DNA of 64,000 bases from an uncultured Collinsella sp. GTDB lineage: Bacteria; Actinomycetota; Coriobacteriia; Coriobacteriales; Coriobacteriaceae. Numbering within the stretch: the first letter of the stretch is position 1; each line of letters begins with the position of its first letter. The stretch covers positions 27,644-91,643 of the forward strand of contig CABRBD010000028.1 in NCBI GenBank assembly GCA_902469185.1. Reading direction: 5' to 3'. A model generated the notes under the pieces. That model was not told the DNA's origin. It saw only the letters and a list, made by a program, of their open reading frames with translations, and searched no databases. The translations under genes and the position numbers were made by a program. Positions 26,292 to 37,892 of the stretch are shown here, piece after piece.

Positions 26292-28388
26292 TTACTTTTT
26301 GCGGGCAAGCTCACCGATGTTGGCGATGCCGGAGAAAACGGCCTCGAAGCGGTTGAGCAGCTTAAGGCGATTATCGCGAAGCTGCTCGTCCTTGTCCATG
26401 ACCATGACCTCATCGAAGAAACGGTCGATGGGCGCGCGCAGGGCGGCGAGGGCGGCAAATGCGGCCGGGTAGTCCTCGGCAGCAAGGGCGGCATCGACAG
26501 CGGTCTGAGCAGCCTCGGAGGCGTCGGCGAGCGTGAGCTCGACCTCGCCCATCAGGCTGCGGTCGTACTCCGCACCCAGCTCGGGCTTGGAGATGTGCGC
26601 GGCACGGGCATAGGCGGTAGCCAGGTTGTCAAAGGTCTCGGCATCATTCTTGCGGGCCTCGTCGAGGGCGGCGCAGCGGGCGAAGAAGACGGACGGGGCG
26701 ATAATGTGCACCGCGGAGACGGCGGCAACGGTATCGGCCGGGATCTTTTCGTCGCGGGCCATGCTCACCAGGCGGCCATGGAAGAAGTCACGAACCTGCT
26801 GGGCGACCTCGGCGGCGTCGAACTCAATGCCCTGCTCGCTGTAAAGCTGCAGAGCAAAGTCAATCAGCGACGTGGGGTCGATCGGCAGACGGTCGCGCAG
26901 AATGTTGATGATACCGATAGCGGCACGACGCAGCGCGTAGGGATCGGAGGAGCCGGTCGGGGGCTCGCCGATGGCAAAGATACCGGCGATGGTATCGAGC
27001 TTGTCGGCGCAGGCCACGATGCAGCCAGCGGTGCCCTCAGGCAGCTCGTCACCGGCAAAGCGGGGACGATAATGATCGCGAATGGCGTGGGCGACCTCGT
27101 CGTTCTCCCCCATCGCGGTGGCGTAGTAACCGCCCATCACGCCCTGCTGGCTCGTGAACTCGACGACGGCGTTGGACACCAGGTCGGCCTTGCACAGGTG
27201 CGCGGCGCGAGCGGCGTCGGCGGCAAGATGGGCGCCCAGATGAGCCTCGCGGGCAATAGCGAGCGCGAGCTGCTCAATGCGCTCGGACTTGGCGAGCACG
27301 CTGCCGAGCTTCTCCTGGAAGGCGACCTTGGCCAGGCGCTCACGGAACTCGTCGAGGGAGATCTTCAGGTCCTCCTCGTAGAAGAACTTAGCGTCGTCCA
27401 GACGGGCACGCACGACGCGCTCGTTGCCGTCGATCACGCGCTCGGCATTCTCGGGCTTGCTGTTGGAGACGACCACGAACTCACGCGTCAGCTTGCCCTC
27501 GCCGTCATAGATCGGGAAGTAGCGCTGGTTGGTGAGCATGGACTCGCAGATGATCTCGTGCGGGACCTTGAGGAACTCCTCATCGAAGGTACCGACGAGC
27601 ACCGTCGGCCACTCGCAGAGATTGATGACCTCCTCGAAGACCTTCTTGGGCGTATCGACATGGCAGCCGGGACGGGCAGCCTCGACCTCGGCGATACCGG
27701 CGAGAATCACCTCGCGACGGCGCTCGGCAGAAAGCACGCCGGCGTCCTCGAGCACCTGCTCGTAGACGGCGGGGCTGGCGACAACGTGGTCACCGGGGCC
27801 AAGCACGCGATGGCCGCGCGTGGTGTTGCCGCTCGTCACGTCGGCAAACGACACGGGCACAACATCCTCGCCCAAAAGGCAGCAGATCCAGCGGACCGGG
27901 CGCACGAAGGTGGCGTGCTCGTGGCCCCAGCGCTGACTACGGTAGTTGGGCCACTGCAGGCCGGCGATGGTCTTCTCGCACAGAGCGGTCAGAATCGGCG
28001 TAGCCGGTGCGGAAGGAATGTTCTTCTCGGCAAAGACGTACTCACGGCCGTCGGTGTCCTCGCGACGGACCAGATCCTCGGCAGCCACACCGCACTTGCG
28101 GGCGAAGCCCTGGGCGGCCTTGGTGGCGTTACCGTCAGCGTCGAAGGCGATGTTGGCCGCAGGGCCACGCTTGACCTCGTGAACCTCATCGGTCGCGGTG
28201 GCGACGTCGGCAACGAGCGCAGCCAGGCGACGCGGGCTCGAGATCACGCGGACCTCGCCGTGGGCCAGACCGGCCTCGTCGAGACCCTTGGCGATCATGG
28301 TGCCAAGCTGCTTGACGGCATTGTTCAGCGGTGCGGAGGGCATTTCCTCTGTACCGATCTCAAACAGGAAATCCTTAGCGTCTGCCAT
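26292..28388 (-). CDS. glyS: Glycyl-tRNA synthetase beta subunit
   Basis: FEIGTEEMP, SPRRL, FVRPVRW, GNERVVRARLDDA, KADL, GSSDPYALRR. Confidence 0.96.
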   Translation of the reverse strand: MADAKDFLFEIGTEEMPSAPLNNAVKQLGTMIAKGLDEAGLAHGEVRVISSPRRLAALVADVATATDEVHEVKRGPAANIAFDADGNATKAAQGFARKCGVAAEDLVRREDTDGREYVFAEKNIPSAPATPILTALCEKTIAGLQWPNYRSQRWGHEHATFVRPVRWICCLLGEDVVPVSFADVTSGNTTRGHRVLGPGDHVVASPAVYEQVLEDAGVLSAERRREVILAGIAEVEAARPGCHVDTPKKVFEEVINLCEWPTVLVGTFDEEFLKVPHEIICESMLTNQRYFPIYDGEGKLTREFVVVSNSKPENAERVIDGNERVVRARLDDAKFFYEEDLKISLDEFRERLAKVAFQEKLGSVLAKSERIEQLALAIAREAHLGAHLAADAARAAHLCKADLVSNAVVEFTSQQGVMGGYYATAMGENDEVAHAIRDHYRPRFAGDELPEGTAGCIVACADKLDTIAGIFAIGEPPTGSSDPYALRRAAIGIINILRDRLPIDPTSLIDFALQLYSEQGIEFDAAEVAQQVRDFFHGRLVSMARDEKIPADTVAAVSAVHIIAPSVFFARCAALDEARKNDAETFDNLATAYARAAHISKPELGAEYDRSLMGEVELTLADASEAAQTAVDAALAAEDYPAAFAALAALRAPIDRFFDEVMVMDKDEQLRDNRLKLLNRFEAVFSGIANIGELARKK

Positions 28389-28391
28389 GGC

Positions 28392-29303
28392 TTACGCCAC
28401 CTCGCCTTCCTGGTCGGCATTCTCGTTGACTCCGGCGACCTCGGCCATATAGGCCTCGCAGCACGCCTTGGCGACGGCGCGGACGCGCAGGATGTAATTG
28501 GCACGCTCGACCGCGGACAGCGCGCCGCGGGCATCGAGCAGATTGAAAGCGTGGCTGCACTTCATGACGCAGTCGTATGCGGGCAGCGGCAGCTTGCGCT
28601 CCAGGCAGGAATGGCACTCGGCCTCGTAGTCGTCAAACTTCTGACGCATCATCTCGACGTTGGCAACCTCAAAGTTATAGGCACTGAACTCGCGCTCGTT
28701 CTCGAGGAACACGTCGCCGTAAGTCATGGGCGTACCGTCGGGCAGGTAGCTCCACACCAGGTCGTAAACGGAGTTGACGCCCTGGGCGTACATGGCGATA
28801 CGCTCTAGGCCATAGGTGATCTCGACGGGCACGGGGTCGACCTCGATACCGCCCACCTGCTGGAAGTACGTAAACTGCGTGACCTCCATACCGTTGAGCC
28901 AGACCTCCCAGCCAAGGCCCCAGGCGCCCAAGGTCGGGCTCTCCCAGTCGTCCTCGACAAAGCGGACGTCATGGTCGTTGGGGTCCAGGCCAATGGCGGC
29001 CAGCGAACCCAGGTAGAGCTCCTGGGCGTTGACCGGCGACGGCTTGATGAGCACCTGGAACTGATAGTAGTGCTGCATGCGGTTAGGGTTCTCGCCGTAG
29101 CGGCCGTCGGCGGGACGGCGGCAAGGCTGAGCATAGCAGGTGCGCCACTCGGCGGGACCGAGCGAGCGCAGTGTGGTCGCGGTATGGAAGGTACCGGCAC
29201 CGACCTCGGAGTCATAGGGCTGCATAATAACGCAGCCCTGCTCGCCCCAGTACTGCTGGAGGCGCAGGATGATGTCTTGGAAGGAAAGCGATGAAGCGTT
29301 CAT
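28392..29303 (-). CDS. glyQ: Glycyl-tRNA synthetase alpha subunit
   Basis: [38 protein letters not shown]. Confidence 0.98.
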   Translation of the reverse strand: MNASSLSFQDIILRLQQYWGEQGCVIMQPYDSEVGAGTFHTATTLRSLGPAEWRTCYAQPCRRPADGRYGENPNRMQHYYQFQVLIKPSPVNAQELYLGSLAAIGLDPNDHDVRFVEDDWESPTLGAWGLGWEVWLNGMEVTQFTYFQQVGGIEVDPVPVEITYGLERIAMYAQGVNSVYDLVWSYLPDGTPMTYGDVFLENEREFSAYNFEVANVEMMRQKFDDYEAECHSCLERKLPLPAYDCVMKCSHAFNLLDARGALSAVERANYILRVRAVAKACCEAYMAEVAGVNENADQEGEVA

Positions 29304-29362
29304 GCCTCTAATATCCCCTCGTCGAAACGATTACACGGTTAGGTACTGTACTATAGCGGTTT

Positions 29363-29932
29363 TTAGTCGATAGCGCCGATGCGGTTGAGCGGCCAGTAGC
29401 GAACGAGTGCCACGGCCATTAAGTCGGAGCGGTCGACCGGCCCAAAATAGCGGGAGTCGGCTGAGTTCTCTCGGTTGTCGCCCATCACCCACACACACCC
29501 GTCGGGGACGGTGTAGGGATAGCTCACCTGGACGCCGGGCGCTTGGACCGAAAGCGGCCAGCTCATGCCCGCCGTATAGTCCTCGTCGAGCGCTTGGCCG
29601 TCAACGACCACCTTGCCGTCCTGTAGGTCGACCGTCTGGCCGGCCGTGGCAATAACGCGCTTGACAAGAATATCATGCTCGGAGGTGCCGTCGGGGTTGT
29701 GAAACACCACGATATCGCCCTGCTTGACGGGCTGACCGAGCTCGAGGCTCACCTTTTGCGCCAGGATCTGGTCGCCAATCTCGATCGTGTCCTCCATGGA
29801 GCCGGTGGGCACCACAAAGGGCTCGACCACAAAGGTGCGGATCAGGAAGGTGGCCACAAGCGCGATCGCGATGACCGCGATCCACTCAAAAGCGCCCCTC
29901 AACGCGGAATGTTGCGTAAGAACCATACTCAC
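29363..29932 (-). CDS. lepB: Signal peptidase I
   Basis: VPTGSMEDT, VKRVIA, MGDNRENSADSR. Confidence 0.96.
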   Translation of the reverse strand: MSMVLTQHSALRGAFEWIAVIAIALVATFLIRTFVVEPFVVPTGSMEDTIEIGDQILAQKVSLELGQPVKQGDIVVFHNPDGTSEHDILVKRVIATAGQTVDLQDGKVVVDGQALDEDYTAGMSWPLSVQAPGVQVSYPYTVPDGCVWVMGDNRENSADSRYFGPVDRSDLMAVALVRYWPLNRIGAID

Positions 29933-30687
29933 TCCTCGCTCTGCGAATACGAAGCGTCAAGGATCTCCTGCGCGTATGCGCGCTCCTGGGGCGTAAGCCG
30001 CGCCGTCTCGATCAGGTCGGGACGCCAGCGGCAGGTGCGCTCGATGGCGTTCTTGCGGCGCCAAGCGTCAACTTTTGCGTGATCGCCACTCACGAGCACA
30101 GGAGGCACGCCCTCGCCGTTGAACTCGGCGGGACGGGTGTACTGCGCGTACTCGAGCAGGCCTCCGTCCTCGGCGGTCGAGAACGACTCGTCCACGTTGC
30201 TCATCTCGTCGCCCAGGGCGCCGGGAATCAGACGCACGACGGCGTCGGCAACGACCATAGCGGGAAGCTCGCCGCCCGTAAGCACGTAGTCGCCGATCGA
30301 CAGGCGCTCGTCGGCATACGCATACGCGCGCTCGTCGACGCCCTCGTAGCGGCTGCATACAAACAGCAGGCGCTCGCTTTTGAGCAGGCGCTCGGCCACA
30401 TGCTGCGTAAAGGGTTCGCCGCAGGGCGTAAAGAACACCACGGTGGGCTTGGGGCCCTCGGAGCTAATAGCCTCGATGGCCTCGGCGATAGGCTCGACCT
30501 TCATGAGCATGCCCTGCCCGCCACCATACGGCTCGTCATCGACGGTACGATGGCGGTCGTGAGTCCAGTCGCGCAGGTTATACGCCTTAAAATCAAAAAG
30601 GCCGGCCTTGCGGGCGCGGCCCAAAATCGATGTGGACATGACGGGCTCAAACATCTCGGGAAAGACCGAAAGGGTCTCGATCAGCAT
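29929..30687 (-). CDS. trmD: tRNA (m1G37) methyltransferase
   Basis: VDDEPYGGGQGM, RYEGVDER, SIGDYVLTGGE. Confidence 0.97.
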   Translation of the reverse strand: MLIETLSVFPEMFEPVMSTSILGRARKAGLFDFKAYNLRDWTHDRHRTVDDEPYGGGQGMLMKVEPIAEAIEAISSEGPKPTVVFFTPCGEPFTQHVAERLLKSERLLFVCSRYEGVDERAYAYADERLSIGDYVLTGGELPAMVVADAVVRLIPGALGDEMSNVDESFSTAEDGGLLEYAQYTRPAEFNGEGVPPVLVSGDHAKVDAWRRKNAIERTCRWRPDLIETARLTPQERAYAQEILDASYSQSEE

Positions 30688-30697
30688 GTTGTCCTCC

Positions 30698-31219
30698 CTA
30701 CTTGTCCATATCGATCAGGCCGTCCATAACGTGGACGGAAATTGTTCCTGTGTCGGGAAGATCGAGCACAACCTGCTCGATCACGGGAATCAGTACCTCG
30801 CCGTACCGATCGCCCTCGACAACCCAAACATCGTTAGCGGGCGTCGACATGATCTCGACGATCGTGCCGAGTGAACCGAAACGCTCGTCGACCACCTCGC
30901 GACCCATCAGGTCGGTATAGGCGGCGTCGAGTGAATCGAGCTCAAAATCGTCACGATTTGCCAGCACATAGCATCCCGTGATGCCCTCGGCGGCCGTCAA
31001 GTCGTCAATGCCCTCAAACGAGACCAGATCGCCATCGCCCGTATCGGTGACGGACACGACCGTGCAAAAGCGGTCGCGCTTGAGCGCCGGCGGCGTCAGG
31101 GCGACGCGCATACCCGGCTCTAATACAGAAGGAAGCCCCCGCAGCGGCTGCGCGAGGACCTCCCCCTTCCTTCCGTGCGGCTTGACCACACGGGCGATGT
31201 TTTTGTACTGGGACCTCAA
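30698..31219 (-). CDS. rimM: 16S rRNA processing protein
   Basis: PHGRKGEV, DLMG, ANDV, LIP; operon context. Confidence 0.93.
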   Translation of the reverse strand: MRSQYKNIARVVKPHGRKGEVLAQPLRGLPSVLEPGMRVALTPPALKRDRFCTVVSVTDTGDGDLVSFEGIDDLTAAEGITGCYVLANRDDFELDSLDAAYTDLMGREVVDERFGSLGTIVEIMSTPANDVWVVEGDRYGEVLIPVIEQVVLDLPDTGTISVHVMDGLIDMDK

Positions 31220-31223
31220 GGTC

Positions 31224-31508
31224 CTAGCCCAGAACCTCTACCTCGACAGCAGTGTCGAGGCGAGCGGCCAGCGCACGGGCGAGCGTGCGAATGGCCTTGA
31301 TGGTACGGCCACGACGGCCGATGACCTTAGCGACGTCATCCTCGGCGACCGAAACCTCAATCGTAGAGGCGTCGTCACCATCGATGACCTCAAGGCTCAC
31401 GGAATCCGGGTCGTCGACGATCTGAACAACGAGATATTCGACGAGATCGGCGATGCGATCTGAGAGCATTGCCTCACCCTCGAGCTGTGCAGCGTCAACC
31501 TCAGGCAC
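31224..31508 (-). CDS. khpA: KH-domain RNA-binding protein
   Basis: DVAKVIGRRGRTIKAIR; lies between rpsP and rimM. Confidence 0.92.
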   Translation of the reverse strand: MPEVDAAQLEGEAMLSDRIADLVEYLVVQIVDDPDSVSLEVIDGDDASTIEVSVAEDDVAKVIGRRGRTIKAIRTLARALAARLDTAVEVEVLG

Positions 31509-31511
31509 GAT

Positions 31512-31853
31512 TTACTCCTCGGCGCCCTCAGCGGCCTCAGCGGCAGCCTTAGCGGCCTCGGCCTCTTTGGCGAGCTGCTTCTTGGACTTCTTGACGACGG
31601 TCTCGGTCTTCTCGCCCTCGTTGGCGGCCTTGACCAGAGCGGCGACGGCGTCGGTGAGCTGAGCGCCCTTGGACTGCCAGTCGGCGATCTTCTCGAGGTC
31701 GAGGTTGATGGTCTTGGGGGCGGTCATCGGGTTGTAGCGGCCAACCTCCTCGATGATACGACCGTCACGCGGGGCGCGGGAATCGGCGACGACGACACGG
31801 TAGTACGGACGCTTCTTAGCGCCGTGACGAGCAAGGCGAATCTTGACTGCCAA
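31512..31853 (-). CDS. rpsP: 30S ribosomal protein S16
   Basis: [33 protein letters not shown] start after SD GGAGGAG. Confidence 0.97.
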   Translation of the reverse strand: MAVKIRLARHGAKKRPYYRVVVADSRAPRDGRIIEEVGRYNPMTAPKTINLDLEKIADWQSKGAQLTDAVAALVKAANEGEKTETVVKKSKKQLAKEAEAAKAAAEAAEGAEE

Positions 31854-32042
31854 AGGAAACTCCTCCAACCAAGCAGCTTTAGGCTGCAACTACAAACAAA
31901 CAGTTGAACATAATACGCCATCGACGCGGGCAGGTGAAGTCCGTGAGACCAACTTCTTCGGTGTAGTCGAGGGCAAATCCATATCTTAGACAAGAATTCG
32001 GGATTTGCAAGCACATACACGCACCCCACATGAGCTGCGCGG

Positions 32043-32079
32043 TATACTCATGACATGGAAAGACGCGAACATACATACG
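32043..32079 (+). promoter_or_regulatory. dinB -10 box and degenerate LexA (SOS) box
   Basis: TATACT at 32043-32048; CGAACatacATACG at 32066-32079 resembles CGAAC-N4-GTTCG. Confidence 0.45.
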
Positions 32080-33308
32080 GTTATGAGGATGCCATGGGCG
32101 TCACGCCGCCTCCCTGGACGGGTCCGGCGGTGGGCCTCATGGACCTCGATGCGTTTTTTGCGAGCGTGGAGATGCTCGATCATCCCGAATGGCGCGGAAA
32201 GCCGCTCATCGTGGGCGGGGACGCCGATTCTCGTGGCGTTGTGTCCACCTGTTCTTACGAGGCACGTCGCTTTGGCGTACACTCCGCCATGGCCTCGGCC
32301 GAGGCACGGCGCCTGTGTCCGCAGGCCATTTGGACGCACGGGCATTTCGATCGCTACCGCGAGGTCAGCGCGCAGGTCATGGCGATTCTTGCCGAGGAGA
32401 CGCCGCGCGTGGAGCGCGTATCCATCGATGAGGCATTTATCGATATCACACCGGGTCGCTTTGCGCCCGAGGACCCGCTGCTGGTTGCACGGCGTATAAG
32501 CGACCGTGTGGCAGCGCTGGGAGTAACGTGCTCCATTGGCGTGGGCTGCAACAAGACGGTCGCAAAGATCGCAAGTGAGCGGGATAAGCCGTTTGGGCTG
32601 ACCATCGTGCGACCCGGAACCGAGCAGCGCTTTTTGGCCGCGCTGCCGGTATCTGCCATGAGCGGCATCGGGCGCTCGGCCGAGGAACGACTGCGCCGTA
32701 TGCACATCTACACGCTCGGCGAGCTATCACGCGCGCCGGAATCCACGCTAGCTGCAATTTTTGGCGTCAACGGCGAACGCATGCGCCAGCGTGCGCTGGG
32801 ACTCGAAATCTCCGAAGTCACGAGTCTCGATGAAGAGCGTGAGGTTAAATCGGTGAGCAATGAGCGCACCTTTGCAAAAGATTTAACTGAGCGCGGGGAC
32901 ATCGAAGCGGCGATTGCGCTGCTGGGTGAGTCGGTTGGACGCCGACTACGCCGTCAGGGACTGACGGGCGGCACGGTAACGCTCAAGCTTAAGTATTCGT
33001 ATGGAAGCGGTCGCTCGGCACAGCGCCGGCTGCCTCATCCGACCGACGATGAGAACATCTTTGTGGCGATTGCGCTCGAACTGCTCGACAACATCTGGCA
33101 GGAAGGCATGCATGTTCGCTTAGCAGGCATCGGCATGAGCGACTTTGACCATCAGGGCGGCATCCAGACCGACTTGTTCTGCGAAGTCGACGACCGCGGA
33201 GCCCAATCCAGTGACCGCCGCGACCTCTCGGTAGCTATCGATGCCGTCCGAGACAAATTCGGCGACACCGCCCTATCCTTCGGCCGCCAATCCCGCTTCA
33301 ACGATTAA
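32055..33308 (+). CDS. dinB: DNA polymerase IV (Y family); true start may be ATG 32094
   Basis: MDLDAFFASVE, CSYEARRFGV, SIDEAF, AKIAS..KP.G. Confidence 0.95.
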   Translation: MERREHTYGYEDAMGVTPPPWTGPAVGLMDLDAFFASVEMLDHPEWRGKPLIVGGDADSRGVVSTCSYEARRFGVHSAMASAEARRLCPQAIWTHGHFDRYREVSAQVMAILAEETPRVERVSIDEAFIDITPGRFAPEDPLLVARRISDRVAALGVTCSIGVGCNKTVAKIASERDKPFGLTIVRPGTEQRFLAALPVSAMSGIGRSAEERLRRMHIYTLGELSRAPESTLAAIFGVNGERMRQRALGLEISEVTSLDEEREVKSVSNERTFAKDLTERGDIEAAIALLGESVGRRLRRQGLTGGTVTLKLKYSYGSGRSAQRRLPHPTDDENIFVAIALELLDNIWQEGMHVRLAGIGMSDFDHQGGIQTDLFCEVDDRGAQSSDRRDLSVAIDAVRDKFGDTALSFGRQSRFND

Positions 33309-33341
33309 CCGCCTTTGGGCAAAAAGAAAGCCGGGTAGCTG

Positions 33342-33380
33342 CGAATGATTATTCTAGGACGGGGATTTTTTAATCATTTG
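33342..33380 (+). repeat. REP-like hairpin, downstream flank of RAYT-2
   Basis: cgaatgatta-ttctAGGACGGGGattttt-taatcatttg. Confidence 0.85.
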
Positions 33381-33385
33381 GAGCG

Positions 33386-34126
33386 TCATTTCGCCCTTTG
33401 AATGATATTGGTCCCAATTCCCGTCAGACGCGAAATCTGGTCAATCGTAAACCCCCGATGCCTCAACACTGCCAGAAGACGATTTCGCTCTGATTTCGGC
33501 AAAGTTTTAAGCTGATAAGGCTCATGCGGAGCCAAAAGAGCCCGGGCAACTTCCAGCGCATCCATATCGGAGATATGCTTACCTTCGGGCATAAAATAGG
33601 GATTAGGCTTGCCGTCGGTACTCGAAAGATAAAACGCTTCCGTACCCCCAAACAGATTGAGAATACCTTCACAATCACAAATTTCGGGATGAGAGAAATA
33701 CTCATGGAAGCTGCTCCAGCGATACAGAGGAGCAGAAGAAATACCTGCTTTTGCAGGATTGTCGTGTATGTATCGGACGCAACGGAGCAGCTGTTTATCG
33801 TCAGAAATGATCACACTCTTGAATCGTTCCTGGAACACCGGTCCGCGGCGGCCGGTTTTTTGATTGAAGTGTTTCGCATATGCCGTATCAATCGCATGCA
33901 TAGCAACGCTCATCTGATTATCGAGATCATCAAATAGCAGATGAACATGATTGTCCATGAGGCACCAGGCAAGAAGACGAATATGAGCGAACGTAAATCG
34001 TCTGTTCAATAGATTGAGAAAAGCAAGGCGATCGTCATCGTCTTCGAAGATCAGCTGGCCAGCACAGCCCTTGAGCATGACGTGATAATGGCCGAGTTCG
34101 GACAACGCACGGGCAACACGAGTCAT
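33386..34126 (-). CDS. Second REP-associated tyrosine transposase (RAYT-2) with C-terminal HTH
   Basis: HYHVMLKG..IFEDD, WCLMDNHVH (HUH), GPVFQERF, YIHDNP, YRWSSF, FTIDQISRLTGIG; ATG at 34126 after SD GGAAGGGAGG; visibly AT-richer than its neighbours. Confidence 0.92.
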   Translation of the reverse strand: MTRVARALSELGHYHVMLKGCAGQLIFEDDDDRLAFLNLLNRRFTFAHIRLLAWCLMDNHVHLLFDDLDNQMSVAMHAIDTAYAKHFNQKTGRRGPVFQERFKSVIISDDKQLLRCVRYIHDNPAKAGISSAPLYRWSSFHEYFSHPEICDCEGILNLFGGTEAFYLSSTDGKPNPYFMPEGKHISDMDALEVARALLAPHEPYQLKTLPKSERNRLLAVLRHRGFTIDQISRLTGIGTNIIQRAK

Positions 34127-34170
34127 CGAAACCCTCCCTTCCAAGGATGCAGTAGTCACAGCATACAAAA

Positions 34171-34219
34171 GGAAAGGAAGAAAAAGGCCGAACCGCCCAA
34201 CAAAGGTGAGCGGTTCGGC
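34171..34219 (-). terminator. Terminator after rsfS, upstream of RAYT-2
   Basis: gccgaaccgc...gcggttcggc stem followed on the - strand by CTTTTTCTT. Confidence 0.7.
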
Positions 34220-34229
34220 AAACGGTAGC

Positions 34230-34264
34230 AATGATTATTTTATCCCCGTCCCAGAAAAATCATT
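34230..34264 (-). repeat. Inverted REP-like hairpin, upstream flank of RAYT-2
   Basis: aatgatt-attttatCCCCGTCCCagaaa-aatcatt; its reverse complement matches 33344-33378 at 29/35 positions. Confidence 0.85.
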
Positions 34265-34719
34265 TAGAGGAGATTGAGGGGGAGCTGGGGGGCGTCGCCC
34301 CAGAGTTTCTCGAGGCGGTAGAAGTCGCGGGCTTCGGGAGTGAAGACGTGGACGACAACCGAACCGTAGTCCATGAGCATCCAGGTCTTCTGCTCACGGC
34401 CCTCGATGGAGAACGGATGCTCGCCGCAAGCCTCGGCGACCTTCTCCTCGATCTCGTCGACGATCGAATCGACCTGACGGTTATTGGTACCGGTGGCGAG
34501 CACAAAGTAATCGCACACGTCGGAGAGCTCGGTCAGATCGAGCACCTGCACGTCCTCGCCTTTCTTGTCGTAGGCGGCCTGCGCGGCGGCGCGGGCGACA
34601 TCCTCGGCGGCGACACCGCTCGTGGACAGCGAGGCAGCGGTGCGGTCGGACGTGGCAACGAAGCTCTTGTGCTCCACACCTTCAAGAATCTGCTCGTCGG
34701 TCATGGTCTCATCGGCCAT
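34264..34719 (-). CDS. rsfS: Ribosome silencing factor
   Basis: DKKGEDV, DYFVLATG, WMLMDYGSVVVHVF..EARDFYRLEKLW. Confidence 0.96.
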   Translation of the reverse strand: MADETMTDEQILEGVEHKSFVATSDRTAASLSTSGVAAEDVARAAAQAAYDKKGEDVQVLDLTELSDVCDYFVLATGTNNRQVDSIVDEIEEKVAEACGEHPFSIEGREQKTWMLMDYGSVVVHVFTPEARDFYRLEKLWGDAPQLPLNLL

Positions 34720-34747
34720 GGAATACCTCTTTCTAGACACACCCGAG

Positions 34748-35356
34748 CTAGCGCAGCTGGGCGTAATGGTTGTAAATCGTAATAGCCGTGGGATAAAGAT
34801 AACGCCCGGACTGGATCACGTAGACCAGACCCTGCGCAAAACAGGAGAAGAACAACTCGTCAAGCGTCGACTCCCCCACCATCTTGCGCAGCGCGATGGC
34901 ATAATCACCATGGCGGTTGGGCTCGATGGCATCGGCCACAAAGACCACCATATCGAGCGGCGTCATGTCGCAGGCGCCAACGGTGTGACGGTCGACAGCC
35001 TGGAAAACAGCAGGCGACAACTCGGGGAAAAGCTGCGGAAGCTCATAGGCGGCAACAGGACCATGCAAAAGCGGCGTCGCGGAAGACGGAGAGCCGGCAA
35101 TCTTAATGCCGTAATGCAGGGCGCGCGTGACCAGCTCGTCGTCGGAGAGCACTTTGTCCCAGTCATGGATCAAGCCGGCGGCAGCGGCATCAAAGCGGTC
35201 AATGCCGTAGATCTCGGCCAGATGAAGTGCGGTCTCGGCAACACCCAGCGAATGCACATAGCGCTTGCGCTTATCCTTCATGCGAACATCGAGCAGCTCT
35301 TGAATGCGCTTGAGCAGCGCGCGCTCATCGCCCTCAAACTGATCCTCTACCGACAA
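34748..35356 (-). CDS. yqeK: HD-domain Ap4A hydrolase (YqeK family)
   Basis: RYVHSLGV, LIHDWDK, LLHG, RHT, ADAIEP; nadD-yqeK-rsfS order. Confidence 0.9.
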   Translation of the reverse strand: MSVEDQFEGDERALLKRIQELLDVRMKDKRKRYVHSLGVAETALHLAEIYGIDRFDAAAAGLIHDWDKVLSDDELVTRALHYGIKIAGSPSSATPLLHGPVAAYELPQLFPELSPAVFQAVDRHTVGACDMTPLDMVVFVADAIEPNRHGDYAIALRKMVGESTLDELFFSCFAQGLVYVIQSGRYLYPTAITIYNHYAQLR

Positions 35357-35368
35357 CGTAGACCCCCA

Positions 35369-36046
35369 TCACTCAAAATCTTCTTGGCCCAAATCGGCAT
35401 ATAGCCTGCGCTTGCGAATGTAGCCGAGCACGGACTCGCTCGTAAGATAGCGCACGCTCATGCCGCGGGCAACCCGCTTGCGGATATTGGTCGAGCTAAT
35501 CGCCAGCGCCGGGATCTGGATATACCGTACGTCAAACGGCAGGCCCGACTCTTTGATTCGCGCCCGGGCCGTATCGATATCAAAGCCGGGACGTGTCGCA
35601 GCAATAAAGGTTGCCAGTTCGGCAATCTCATCAGCATTGTGCCAGGTCACTATATCGATAATCGCATCGGCACCCGTAATAAAGTAGAGCTTTACCTGAG
35701 GCGGGTAAAAGTTGCGAAGGGCATGAAGCGTATCGGCCGTATAGGTCACGCCCGGACGATCGATCTCGAAGCGGCTCGCCAAAAAAGCCGGATTCGCAGC
35801 GGTGGCGAGGACCGTCATGGCATAACGGTCCTCGGCAGGCGTCACCGGCTTGTCAAGCTTAAAAGCAGGAGAGCCCGCCGGCATAAAGAGCACGGCATCC
35901 AAGTCGAGGGACTCACGCGCCTGCTCAGCGGTTACCAAGTGCCCGTAATGAATCGGGTCAAAGGTGCCGCCCATAATGCCAAGCCGAAACTCCTGCCCAT
36001 CCTTGATAGGCAGCTCGGGCAAACCGATTCCACCGCGCAGCGACAT
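35369..36046 (-). CDS. nadD: Nicotinate-nucleotide adenylyltransferase
   Basis: GGTFDPIHYGH, ITGADA, ISSTNIR. Confidence 0.96.
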   Translation of the reverse strand: MSLRGGIGLPELPIKDGQEFRLGIMGGTFDPIHYGHLVTAEQARESLDLDAVLFMPAGSPAFKLDKPVTPAEDRYAMTVLATAANPAFLASRFEIDRPGVTYTADTLHALRNFYPPQVKLYFITGADAIIDIVTWHNADEIAELATFIAATRPGFDIDTARARIKESGLPFDVRYIQIPALAISSTNIRKRVARGMSVRYLTSESVLGYIRKRRLYADLGQEDFE

Positions 36047-36049
36047 GGC

Positions 36050-37528
<1,479 letters not shown>

Positions 37529-37601
37529 CTACAAAAAAGAGGGAGACCCTTGAATCCTAAAACTCAAGTGCCTCCCACATATGTGCTCTATGAAGGGTGA
37601 A

Positions 37602-37859
37602 TTACGCGTTCGCGAGCGGGCGTACGCTGACCCTGTGCTTGATACCCTTGTGGAACTCAACGGTACCGTCGACCAGCGCGAACAGCGTGTCGTCCTTGCC
37701 ACGGCCAACGTTCTCACCCGGGTGGATGTGAGTGCCGTGCTGACGGACGAGAATCGTGCCCGTGGTTACCGTCTGGCCGGCATAGCGCTTCGTGCCAAGG
37801 CGCTGACCGCGGGAGTCACGGCCATTACGGGAGGAACCGAGTCCTTTTTTGTGTGCCAT
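37602..37859 (-). CDS. rpmA: 50S ribosomal protein L27
   Basis: [16 protein letters not shown]. Confidence 0.98.
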   Translation of the reverse strand: MAHKKGLGSSRNGRDSRGQRLGTKRYAGQTVTTGTILVRQHGTHIHPGENVGRGKDDTLFALVDGTVEFHKGIKHRVSVRPLANA

Positions 37860-37892
37860 TGTGTATACCTACTCTTTCGTTACGAGTGTAAT

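Noticed and set aside
34127..34231. 35-aa N-terminal extension of RAYT-2 in the ORF track
   Set aside because: It overlaps a terminator and repeat; the SD and alignment with RAYT-1 support ATG 34126.
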